Shown: piece after piece, positions 1-11,780 of the stretch
Layout: each line of letters starts with the position of its first letter
Position numbering within the stretch: position 1 is the stretch's first letter
Source of the DNA: Balanoglossus misakiensis
Taxonomy: Eukaryota > Animalia > Hemichordata
NCBI GenBank assembly: GCA_040954595.2
Contig: CM082579.2
Coordinates: forward strand, 678,922-742,921
DNA length: 64,000 bases
Direction: 5' to 3'
Position numbers and translations under genes: made by a program
Notes under the pieces: model-generated
What the model saw: the letters and a program-made list of their open reading frames with translations, nothing else
Database searches by the model: none
Told to the model about the DNA's origin: nothing

Positions 1-532
1 TGTTTTCCTTCCACGTAGTCCTGTTTTGTGGAGATGATCTTCATATATATGGACATAGCCAGCACGAAAGTTGCTGTTGTGTTCTTTATTTATTCTTCGT
101 CTCTCCAATGACTTCTCACGCATGGATCGGCGTATGTTTGTATGCTGCAGGTATAGAAGTACATCAAAGTCACAATTGTACGGACTTAAATGCTTTAAAG
201 GCAAAATAAAATCGACCAGTTCTTTGTCTGCCAACAACACTTCTTATCAAGAAGGCGTATGCCAAGCCTATGAAACGTCAGTGCACATATATGCATATAT
301 GGGGTCAATTTGGTCTGGGCGATAATAAATAAACAAGTACCTCGGTATTTCAGCAAAATGTGAATCAGAAATAGACACCAAAAGATGAAATAAACGCTTA
401 ATGTAGATCTTTATAACACAATATTTGCCTTTTTCACGGAAATGTACACCTGAGTTGAGAAATATACCGATTTCATGCGAATTCTGAAAGGAATTCGAGC
501 CACTTGGTACTTACCTCGAAGTTGGACGCCAT
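1..532 (-). CDS. SGCB: Beta-sarcoglycan, 5' part (coding exon 1 at 532-515; exon 2 from 144 running off the left edge)
   Basis: On the minus strand, caagATG GCG TCC AAC TTC GAG is followed by a GTAAGT donor. After a ctgcag acceptor, 144-1 is open and reads HTNIRRSMREKSLERRRINKEHNSNFRAGYVHIYEDHLHKTGLRGRKT. This matches the recalled beta-sarcoglycan cytoplasmic N-terminus (SMREKAVERRxxNKEHNSNFKAGYIPIDEDRLHKTGLRGRK). The phase-0 join is consistent. Confidence 0.93.
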
Positions 533-2317
533 CTTGTTTGTTGAACATACAGTGCGCCACCATGGGTTCTGATGTGAAATAGGCCTAAAAACGTCAACGT
601 GTGCATATGATCAATTCACCGTCAGATGGAGTAGTTTTTGAGACACAAAGTAGACATGCCAGTGAATGTATTAAAAGTTGGCAAAGTTCCATAACGTACA
701 GGATGCAAGGGCGTACGTGAACGGCAGTCTGGTATCCAGCCAGTAAATATTTTTCAACAAAGTGATTAGGAAATTTCTTTGCTTCTCTTTTATCTTCTTC
801 GCACAACAAGAAATTTGAAAAGTGTGGCTGGGTTTTCCCTCGAGCTCCAAAGCAAAGTAAGAAAAGTCCGTGTGGACTGTTTAAAAAAAGCGTTCCAAAA
901 CCATATTCGCTTCAGGATTACAGTTTGAGACTGTGGTATAAGATATCGAAGCATATAAAAAGTGGGCACAAGGTTGTTTGCATGACGTAGGCTAAATATG
1001 CGAAGTTCTGCCAGTAGAGTAAATTTCAATTTCGCATTCTGAGGGACGGCAGTTTTCTTGTCCACCCATTAGGCTAAAAGTTTATGAGCGACCCAGCGGT
1101 ATTTATAAGAGCGATCCAGCCTTATGTATGGGTGTCGCAGAGCAACGCCTCGCCACACAGAAATGATGATTTATGTGTTGTCCCTACCTGTAAATACGTG
1201 CATGGCCTTTAACAGTTTCCATTGAAACAACGCCCGTGGAAACGTCCGTCTCACCCACATTCACAAAGTACGTATACCTCCAGTCCTGGGTCGTGTAAGC
1301 TATATCGTAAAATTAAGTGCGTAATAAATTTGCGCCGACTGCCTTCATTTATTCATTCATGCCCCTTTCAAAGAGATTGAAGCGTGTCTGCAGTCGAGTA
1401 AGTGAGAAAAACGCTGTACCTCGTCCGAATCACGATCATTTGCCCTAAATCTATGGGCTATTTTGGTGGTGGATATTGGGTTCATCATTATAGCTCTCCC
1501 AGTGTCATCCTGACCTTTGCGTGTGTTCGCGGATTAGTGTTTGTCACGACTGTCAAGTTCCGCTATCGTCAAATGTTTGTACAAATTCATTGAAAGGTTT
1601 TAGGAAATAACTATTTTATCTGGTTCATTAGATTTCAATTTCCTCAAGTTACATTTAATTTAAATGCCAGTGAAAGGCGTGTCTCATGAAATATCCCCGC
1701 ATGCTGTCTTCAAGCTTCTTGGTAGAGAAAATTACCATGGAAACTTGAGTTAGAACAGCCTGTATAAAGAGAGGTGATAAGATGATAACGCAGTGTCATA
1801 AAAAGAACGAAGTGACGTGTTATTGAACCTTGAATCAGATAGATAACAAAGCTATTGTGAAATTTCTGAACACTTAGTATCCCATTCTTTAAATCTTTCA
1901 TATATTACCACGACCCCTGCATTCTTTTGTATTTTGGCTCAATAAAACAAGCCATACGACACTGGTTCATCGCGTCACTTTCAAAATTTTGTATTTGTTT
2001 AGCGATGGTAACGTCATGAGTGTGAGTGTAGGATTACTTGTCAAATATTACTAAGTTATGGATATGAGTACAACAAAATATACAATACAGTATTTTTCAC
2101 GCTTGTGGTTGAGCATAAAAGTAAAATGTATGTTTCTTAGATTCCACGTTTGAGTGATTACTATGGCAACCGTGATAGCCAGTCCTAGGATATGCACGTT
2201 TATTAATGGGACGCGCTGGCTCTGATCCAATATTTCGGTATGCAATGATCACAACCCAGTACTATGCACGAACGGAGCTTGATTGAACAGCGCATGCGTA
2301 GCGTCACAAGTTCCAAA
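533..2317. promoter_or_regulatory. Divergent promoter region between the SGCB and SPATA18 start codons
   Basis: The two ATGs face away from each other 1.8 kb apart. An NRF1-like GCGCATGCGT lies at 2290-2299. RFX X-box-like motifs TTAGCGATGGTAAC (1999-2012) and ATTACTATGGCAAC (2157-2170) lie just upstream of the SPATA18 ATG. Transcription start sites cannot be determined from sequence. Confidence 0.6.
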
Positions 2318-5300
2318 ATGGCTGATTCCTTGAGACGTCTGGTGAACACCTCTGCGTTCGGTCTTCTGCAAGAAAAACTTGAAAGGTGGAACAGCAACTA
2401 CCTGGTAAGGCGTCGTATAAATCCTTGTTAATCAGCTAATGTCTTGGGCGAAAATTTGAAACTTTGCCTTTGCTTGCGGCGCTGTTAACCAAGATTGACT
2501 CCACCAGGTGGCTGGCCAATGAGTCGTACAACTTTGGCGTATCTGGTTACTATAGTTTCAGCTATTGTAGTCGCCAAGTAGCCTGGCTGTTGTGTGTTGA
2601 TAGTAGAGTTGAGCGCGCTACCAATTATTGTAAGTGTTAATTCAATAACTGTGTAGAAAGCGTCCACCTGCCTGTTCAGAATAGTATTAGACACTTGATT
2701 TGCCGTCGATATTGCTGCAAAGACCCGATAGTGGGTACTGGACGCTTAGATATACAGCAATTTGTGGGCCTCACCCCATCAGGGGGCATTTAAATTTAAT
2801 TAAACACGGATATAGCGGATATGTCAACTACTCCGAATTCCGTTGCGAGTGTATTATAGTATTTTAGGTGTACGTTTTTTCGAAGAGATTATACGTGAAA
2901 ATTTCATCTGGAATGTCCGAACTTAGTTGGCAAGTTTTGGTCATGAATTAAATATTTGTCATTTTACTTAAAATTCAGCGTGTTCTTTTCAGCTGTGTGC
3001 TACTGTTTGATTACTGGTTTTAATTTGAATAGTACAAAATGATACATTTTCGGCGACTACGGTAAGTTGTTTTTGGATACGCCTGTCTTGGTTCTTGTCT
3101 AAATCGCGAGAGTGGCGTAACAAACAGATTGTCGCCTACCGATCAAATTCCAGGATGTATTACAGATCTTTTCGTCGAATTTTGGTGTACCTTTAAATTG
3201 TATGTTGGCATTCTGCCAAAGTGTAAAGTTTGCAAAGCGTCTTACAACGTGATACAAGCCTCGGCAAATTGATTTATTCAAAGCAAAGGTCAACTTAAAT
3301 CAAAGCATTGTTTTCGATTTGGTTCTGACAAAAATGGCAAACTTTAATATTTTAAAAGTTTTTAAAGGAACTCGGAGTGCAAGTGATTGTCTTCAGTGTA
3401 CCCATGTATAATGAGGTGAAGGTTAGCTGTTGGGATATTTTTAAAGAAAACATCAAGAATGCTATTTTGTAACTTGTAAATCTGAATAACATATTACCAA
3501 ACTGTGTATTAATTGGCTATGATACACTATGCTGGTCAGGTTTATGTTTTTGTGTCCAGATAAAACATTTTAAAATGATATCAAAACTTATTTTATGTGA
3601 AAGGTCACTCTCAACTCAACATGGCAACTTTGTTGCTATGGTAACAGTGCAGCATATACAATAGGCTTAGCCTAGGTGTCGTACACAATGATGTCAACAG
3701 TTACCACGGAGTTGTTGCTGTGGCATTAGAGTTGCTGGTCCTTAAAAATTCACCTGTTAACCTTTATGACACTTTGAAAAGGTTCATAAGTTTTCTTCAC
3801 TCTGGATTCTGTTTACAACTTTTTATATGCACTTAATATATATGCCACCGTGCAGTTTGAAAAACCTACAAAAATGTATAAACAGGAGTGTCATACTTAT
3901 ACAAATGTAGACAAGCAACAACATGTCAGTTTGCATTGTCATAGCAACAAAGCCAAGAGGTCAGTGTCATCATCTAAGGTCAAACAATTCAATAAACTTG
4001 TCAAGTTATAATGCATTGGAGGAAATGCAAGTTTGTAAGATTGATTGGTTGACTGCCCTTGGAGGCTCTAATGCAAAGGTCAAGTTTTCTATTGTTGACA
4101 TAACTGTTCTACAACAGATGACCATCAACATAAAAAAATCCGGAGGAGGGTGTATTGCTCAATTCTTGATATTGAATTCAACTATTTCTTGATCTTCACA
4201 CAAGTGGAGAATTCGAAAAAAACATGTAGTGCGAAAGAATATGGCATTGAGATTCGTCTAATAGATTTTTTCGTGTTATCACTTTGTACGAACCTTGTTG
4301 TACACAGACGAGTCACTTTTTTTCATCCAGGCCCACAGGGACAAGCCTCTATTGGCATTTTGCGTACACCCCTGGTACTTCGCCTGAACTGAACACACTA
4401 CAAATCATTTATCCGACGTGAGTCAATTGTGATTTGTCAACAATGCGTTACCCTCCAGGTTTTCTGCAGCTTTGTCACTCAGGGCCAAAGATTTCACCCC
4501 AACAATCATTTCTTTTCAGCTACCAGTCATTGAATACAAGAGAGTCGTATGGCTTTTGTTAGACAACCAGCCTATCCCCTCTCTCTTATAACTGTCTCTG
4601 TATTCTAACAAGCTTCTTTGGAATGCAAATTAAACTTCATGTTAAATTATTCGAAATAGGAAATGATGATTGGTGCTGCTGGAGTTTCTGAATCGCTAAG
4701 CGTTGAAACCGTAGCAACAGAGTAGTGTCTTGCGAACTTTACAATGGTGGTACTGTTTGGTTGCATTGAAAGTGACTTGATCTTGAATAAAGTACTCATC
4801 TGGCATTATGTACTCACTGCTCTGAAAGCAATGGTTGCCAAGGCTCCTTAATAGAAAACATCCTCATTAATGTTATCTACATTACACTTTTAGAAATGAG
4901 AGTCAAGGTTTTGGCCAAGTTATGCATGGTCAGTAACACTTGGCCCTTTAAAAATTCTTTTAATGCTAGTGGGTGTTAAGCAAAGTAGGTTATAAATATT
5001 CATGATTAATTAAAAAGATACAAGATATTGATCACTACATGTTACTCAAATTTAATCTTCATACAATGTGCCCAGTCTACAGGATAATTTTTATCTCTTG
5101 TATATTGATTCTGTGAATTATGTGAAATTATTTAGTATTCTGCTTGTTGACTACTCTGGTACTTTAGAACTCGTGTGAGTAATGAAACCACCTGTTGAGT
5201 TTTTTGCTAAGCCAGTAAAAGCCCAGTTTGTTGAAGTTTTCTTTTATGAACTGAAAGGTACTAGCATCCCAGATCTTTTAGGTAAATACCATCAAAGTAT

Positions 5301-8300
5301 CAGGTGACATCTGTAAATCATGTGATGTGAATAATAATGAGAAACAAACAATCTTGGTACCTACTAGGATCTCTAACACCTGCGAGCGAATGTAGCAGAA
5401 TGTATTGATTGCGGAATTATAGAAGCTGGGAATGCTTTAAAAGCCAATATTGATTGTTGGATTTTAGGGAGCTTGCAAAGTGATTTGCTAGATTACAAAT
5501 TCATTTGGAAACTTAAAATGTCACTGTGTTTACCAATATACAAGCCCTCCAAGTAAAAAAGTGTACATATTCTTGAAAACATTGTGTCTTAACTTAATGC
5601 TATTTTGACATAATTTGCAGGACATCAGAACTTTTCTCATTCATTGGTGTTATACACTAGTGTCTTATTCATGTCTTATTAGATTACAATAGCATTGTCA
5701 ACCATCTCAGTATGGTGTTTTTGTCTCACGTAATCCCAGATCCATTGTCCACCCATTCACGAGTCATGTACCTTGTAATGATGGGTTTACCCAGTAATCA
5801 ACATTGATGAGTCCACTGTATTTGGACATTGCTTCTTTTGGTTTGTAACACACCCCCTGCAATGTACATATAGATTTCTGTGTCATAGTCTCGATTCCTG
5901 ACTTCGACACTTCGCCAGTAGGACATGAGTGACTTGTGATCTCATGCTGGCTTGTATCAGGCTTGTCGCTGCACTCCTTGTCTAGTCATACCGCTAGTGT
6001 CGTACTAGAGAAGCGATGAGGTCTGGAAGCAAGACCATGTGTCTTAGTTCAAAGACAACAAGATTTTAGATTCCTTGCCATTTTTTTTAACCATTTCCAA
6101 TTCCCATTTTTTTCAGATCAATACTTGTGATCAAAATGTAGGTTCATGCTGTGAGCTGATTGAGCTTCATGCTCGTCTTCAGGGTCAGCTGTTTAATCTT
6201 CTCAACCTGTGTGCCGCTGAAGGTAAGATTTTCATCATTGCTAGAGTGACTTACGACCTACAGTTATTCTGGATGTAGCCATCAGGGTCAAAGTCTCTGA
6301 TTCGTCAGCATTGTACAATGTTTGTGTATGCGACAAGTCATGTCCAATGAGCAGCCCTGACAGTTGAATGTTGGACTGACACTGCTGAACAAGCAACATG
6401 GCAGTGTCCATAGCAACCAAATAATGAACACTATGTATCTACATGTAGGAAATTGGAATGATCGTTTGCTGAATTTCAAACAGAAATGCTATAAATAGGC
6501 ATGAGTGTCAACATTCTGATGATTTGTACTCTTCAGATTCCAACCTTTTATTCTTTTAACTTTGTTGACTAAGACAACATCTCAATTGTAATATCTTTTG
6601 TCCTTCGAGACTTTTCCTCTGGTGTTATTGATTCGGCTTTTGTATCCAGATTGCTATGCCCTCAGAGAAAATATTTAAATCAGACATGACTGTAGTAGGA
6701 GTAATACAGTTCATAGTACAGTACATGTAGGATACCACTTTCTTTAAAAATAAATTACATGTCTGTATAGCACATACATGTTTGTACATTACAACTACAT
6801 GTACATTTTTTCTCATTATGTGTTGGATGAACTGAAATAATTTAGAATACCATGCATTTTGTCCAACTTAGGTGGTATGTATGGTGGTGCTGAAGTTCTC
6901 AAGAATAGACTCTTGCCATGGCTGGGACAGGGTTTCCTAGCAACCGCTGGCAGTGTAACCACGGATACCAGTCTCCACATCATGGCAGAAGCAGCAGACA
7001 AAGAGAGGCAGATTGCACAAATGCAAGATCAGTATGAAACACAGCTTGATGAACTTGAAAGTGATTTGAACAAATCACGAACAGAAGCTGATCTTCTCAA
7101 GAAAGAGTAAGTTTCATTTCAATCATTTTGCCTTCATCTGTAGTTGGTTTCCTTTCACCTGTAAATCAATCCACCTTCTATAGCAGCCAGGTCTCATGAA
7201 AATGTATGTGTATTGTACTCATATTATGTAACCAAATAATGTTGATGGTGATGTTGTTAATGGCTGAGACATTGTGCCCTGCGGGTGAGTTGTGTGGAAT
7301 CGCCATCAAAAGATTCACCTAGTCTTATGCAAGTTCTCTTCCTCCATATTTTTACAGACTGGACGACACAAAAGATGAACTCTCAAGCACTCAACGCCAA
7401 GCATCTGGTGATGCCATCATAAGTGATGAAGAAGTCACTCGTCTCAGACAAAAGTATGTCACTTTCCCTATTTTCCTGTATAGAGGTCCAACTTTACCAT
7501 AGAAAACAATAGATTTGGACCAAACCATGGTGATGAAAGGGTTAATCTAATACAGATCTGACTTTTTTAACAATTAGGTTGGCTGAAACTGAGGATGAAC
7601 TGAGACTGTACAAAAGCAAATCTGGTATGATTGATGATCTGGAGTTGGAACTGAGACGTCTGCGTGAAGACATCCAGCTGATGAGAGAAGAAAAAGCCAT
7701 CTTGACTGGCAGGTTTGTCCCACATGTCTTCTCATATACTGCAGTTGTTTTTATAGTTCCAGATTAGGACATTTGATGACAGAGGGAATCATGATGCCAT
7801 GTTTGCCAATTTTTGAAGAGTTTTGGGCAGATAGATGTTAATTAGAAGGTGTAACTCAACATCATAATACCTTTTAATACTTTATCTGGTTGCATATATT
7901 CCACATAACTATACATCGCATGTCTTCTGTTTGTGTGTTCAGAATGGATGATGCCTTGTCCTACGTACCAAGCCCACGCACCAGCATCAAACCACTGACT
8001 ACAAGCAACGATGTGGTACAACGAATCCGCCAAGCCAATCTGCTGAGTCGCTTCAGTGACATGTTTGCTCACGACCGCATGGACGCCATGGATACACTGC
8101 GCAATCATTGTGATGATCATGAAATGAATCAGCGTATTGTCTTTGCTGCTGTCCAGGTAAATTGGCAGTAATCTTGTGCTACTTTAGGAGTACATTATGA
8201 TGATTAACTTGTACTATCAAATGAAAGTATAGATCACACCATCATCAATTGACTATTATGTGTTGATTTCATATGTTTAAAATATGTAAGAGTCATTTTG

Positions 8301-10122
8301 AACATATGATTGTATATATGCTGGTCACCAGTTATTGTGATACGATAAATAAACTGAAGATGGTCCTTTTCTTATTCCATTTTATTCCTAGGAATCATTC
8401 CATTCAGCAAAGATTGCATTCCGTCAGTACAAGAGTAAAGTACGAGCAACCTTGAGTACCACACACACTGGACCAGAAAGTCTGGAAGAGGCTGTACAGA
8501 ACTACATCAACAAGAATGGGCAGTTGTTGGATGTACACTCCATTGTACAGGTAAGCATGTCTAGGTGTACATGTATGTGTAGGAGTGCATAGCTGAATGG
8601 AAAAAAATGTGCGGTTCTGATAACCTGATCTACCCTATTTTAAATCCATCGCATCATAAATAGTGTTGATTCTATTGTCTTACTTTGTTCTCATCCAACA
8701 GGATGTTCTGAGAGCTCTGAACAGAAACCCATCCATCTCCTTCCCACCGGAAGTGGACTTCCGTATCCTCACCTTGTTTATCCGGGAATCTGTTAAGGTA
8801 TCCTGGTCGATGGCAGCTCTGCCTTCACCTCTGGACATTGCTTTAGCTTCAGATGCAGAAGTATTTGATGATTCCAAGTAAGTTTGATGATTTTTTGGTG
8901 ACTTTTAGATACAATGTGACTGAAAAACGTTACTGGATCCCGACCAATTATGATCAGAAAAATCCAAGTGGCTGAAACTGATGTAATAAATGTGTTTTTC
9001 TTCTGTAATATTGACAAATCTTTGCTTTGATTTACTTGTTACATACAGATATCGTCGCAGCTATGACTCAGAGTATACTGCTCCTCTGGTTAGTCATTTT
9101 ATCTGGCCAGCTCTGATCGACTTTACTGGTAAAGTCTTGCTCAAAGGAGAGGCAGTCACTAGACGTGGTGCATCATTGGTAAGTACATGCTAACACAGTC
9201 ACTCATTGACATTAACCCTTTCACCGCCATGGTTCAGTCCAAACCCATTGTTTTCTATGGTAAGGTTGGACTTCTAAAGAGGGAAATGGGGGTGAAAGGG
9301 TTAATGTGCCCTCAGAGCCAATGCTATTTCTTCACATGCTTGAATATGCCAGCGCGGCAGACTCTATTAGTTATGCTAATTTGTAGTTTCATCCAGTGAG
9401 CACAGATGTAGGTAGCAAGCAAATACTTTCACTGCAGCACAATACAACAGTGTTTATATTTAACAAAATTTTAAACTCATATTAACTGTTTAATATCTCA
9501 GTGTATACCATTTAAGTGTGACAGTTGTGTACGATGACACAATTGTCACAAAATTGAAGTGTCTTACATACACTGATAATTTCAATTACAAAAGAAAATA
9601 ATTTTGATCAAAAGCTTGTTACCAATATCTACAAATTTGGCATAATTTTGACAGAGCCCACGTCGTAGTCGCAGTCCAACTCGCTCTGCAAGTCCCGTAC
9701 GCAGTCGTAGCCGTTCGGCCAGTCCTAGAAGATTGGTCACTCCTTCTATGAACGGTTCTCTGAGTCCTGGAAGAGCCAGCAGTCCAGTCAGTAAGTGAAT
9801 CTCTTATATCTTTCCCTCTTAGATCTTAAAAGATACTTTGAAGATGTTGATTTCATCCAAGTATTGAAATGTTATTCATATACACATGTTGTGATCAGGA
9901 TAATGATAAACAACAATTTAACATGTTTCAGTAGTCAGATTCCAATGTATATGTTCTCAGACAGGATACAACAACGGCCCAAAATATCTTGATATAACAA
10001 ATGTCTAATGAATATTTGGGATTCTGTTTTGTTTTACAGGCAGCCGAGTGTCTTTTGGTGGAACTCCAAGATCCATATCTCCCAGACCAACTAGCAGAGC
10101 TTCAAACTACAGTGGTTACTAG
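2318..10122 (+). CDS. SPATA18: Mitochondria-eating protein (Mieap / SPATA18), 11 coding exons, 518 aa
   Basis: Exons: 2318-2404, 6117-6222, 6872-7106, 7358-7453, 7578-7712, 7943-8156, 8392-8550, 8702-8877, 9049-9178, 9655-9790, 10040-10122. All introns are GT-AG with compatible phases, and the total is 1557 nt ending in TAG. The N-terminus [55 protein letters not shown]...KNRLLPWL matches recalled SPATA18 (MAENLKRLVS..LQEKL..W...NTCDQN...CLELIE...QGQLF...KSRLLPWL). The protein has a central coiled coil, a C-terminal [26 protein letters not shown] block and an Arg/Ser/Pro-rich tail. Confidence 0.95.
5885..6038. mobile_element. Degenerate 154-bp MITE-like insertion in SPATA18 intron 1
   Basis: It has imperfect ~29-bp terminal inverted repeats (ATAGTCTCGATTCCTGACTTC... 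and ...GAGGTCTGGAAGCAAGACCAT) and a flanking direct repeat GTGTC at 5880-5884 and 6039-6043. Only one copy is present in the window. Confidence 0.5.
7460..7545 (-). mobile_element. Copy of the 85-bp TTAA/CCC MITE in SPATA18 intron 4, reverse orientation, one end decayed
   Basis: The reverse complement matches 9216-9300 (CCATGGTTTGGTCCAAATCTATTGTTTTCTATGGTAAAGTTGGACCTCTATA). It ends in GAAAGGG-TTAA. Confidence 0.8.
9212..9304 (+). mobile_element. 85-bp piggyBac-type MITE (9216-9300) with TTAA target-site duplication
   Basis: The structure is TTAA-CCCTTTCACC...GGTGAAAGGG-TTAA. CCC/GGG termini with a TTAA duplication are the piggyBac superfamily signature. Two more copies occur in the window. 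Confidence 0.85.
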
Positions 10123-11774
10123 AACCTTCCCACCCCCTACACAATTTGAAGTTTCCCATTCCTCAGTGAGGGCGAACATTCCATTTTCAGATTGTAGGGG
10201 TTGTTTAAGGTCGTCCCATCTACCTCCTGGGAGTAAAATACACTCATCTCACATAAAAAGGAAATCTTTAAAACAATGAAAGAAGAGCTCACTTAATAAA
10301 ATACATAATTTAAGAAAAGATCTTACTCTAGAGAGTGATTATAAAATCAGGAACTCATGTTATAGCCAGCTGTTTGAGTATAATCTATGACAATAATTCC
10401 CAATACAAATACAAATTCCCCTTTTAATGTTAATTATTTTCTATATGGTCATATCAATCTCCTATCATTCCATGGTTTATTCCATTATTCAGCTTTAAGG
10501 GGTGGAAGGAACAGACAAGTATTTCTGTCTGGACTGTTTGTCAGTTGGTGAAGACACATCAGTGGTAGCTTGGCAACCAGTTTGTTGTTGTTTTTTGTAT
10601 TGAATTTGTTGTTATTTATAGTTCCAGAAATGCATAGTTTAATTGGTGGTGGCAAACTTTTCTATTTCCATGGTTTCTACAAAGTACAAGGTATCTGATC
10701 AAACCCTTGTTGTCAGTATTAGCAAACACACTTGTTGTGTTGACTGCTTTTTTCCAAGGACAATTTTGGTGCTTTCTGGCTTGATAATATAAAACATGGT
10801 GCATGCTAGTTTTATAAAACTTAATCCAGAAACCTGCAAGTCTAGTCATCAGTCCATGAATTTTAAAGTTAGAGTGTGGTCCATTTTCTACATTTTATTA
10901 ATCTGTAAGTTGGTATTCATGTGCTCTGATGACACACAACATCCAAGATCATTAGAACTGTTTGATTTTGAAGCAGAATTTCTCAACATCTTGATATAAA
11001 CCAACAGTATTTTCCAATATGCTTGAAAACAGTGATATGTTCAATCACTCCCTTCAGACAAATCCGTCCCATGATTATTCCATCCATAAATTGATTTAAC
11101 ATTCCAACAATCTGATTCTGCTGAAAAAATGATAGCTTGCAATTTTTAGAATTTAAGAGTGTTTTGTTGTTGGAAATAAAAAAATGTAGGTACCTGCTTT
11201 AACTTGTACAGTATTACACAGATATTTTGTACACTGATATAATAATATGCTTGTTCATATTTTGTAAATTAATAAGGATGTAAATTATTCCTGCACAATA
11301 CCAGAATGCTGTTCTTCTGACAAGATTTTGTATACATAATGTAATCCCAAATGTGAGCAGCATGATGACCTGTGGGCCAAGTTTCCATTTTGAAATCCAA
11401 AACAAGCAGTGCCTTACCAATGTACCTCGATGGTCATTCAGCTTGCTTAAGACTTTGTCAATGTCTGCAGCACCAAACACTTGGTCGAAACTCACAACAT
11501 TCCCATCACTGGAGGAATTATGTAACAAACTTGGCTGTCACATGAAATCTTGCAAATTCAGTATTTTTTTAACTTAATTGAGTGTGCATAAATTTCACAA
11601 TTTTTTTAAAATGATGAACATTTTAAATAATCAAAGCAGTATATCTATATATATTTGTGATTCTATTTTTGGACATGTATGTAATGTAGTTGTTATTTGA
11701 TGTGAAATATTTTATAGTTCAATATATCTGATCTGATCACTTCCTACCTGTCTTGTTCTCTCATGATTTTATAA

Positions 11775-11780
11775 AATAAA
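11775..11780 (+). terminator. Candidate polyadenylation signal of SPATA18
   Basis: AATAAA ends an AT-rich ~1.65-kb stretch after the stop codon and is followed by T/GT-rich sequence (tttttggcttcctttcatgtgttttg). Other AATAAA hexamers occur earlier, so this is only the best candidate. Confidence 0.4.

Noticed and set aside
71-325. 84-aa plus-strand ORF
   Set aside because: It is an antisense shadow of SGCB exon 2 and the adjacent intron.
10001-10279. 92-aa ORF as the last SPATA18 exon
   Set aside because: Intron phase from exon 10 places the true frame elsewhere, ending at TAG 10120-10122 (..[27 protein letters not shown]).
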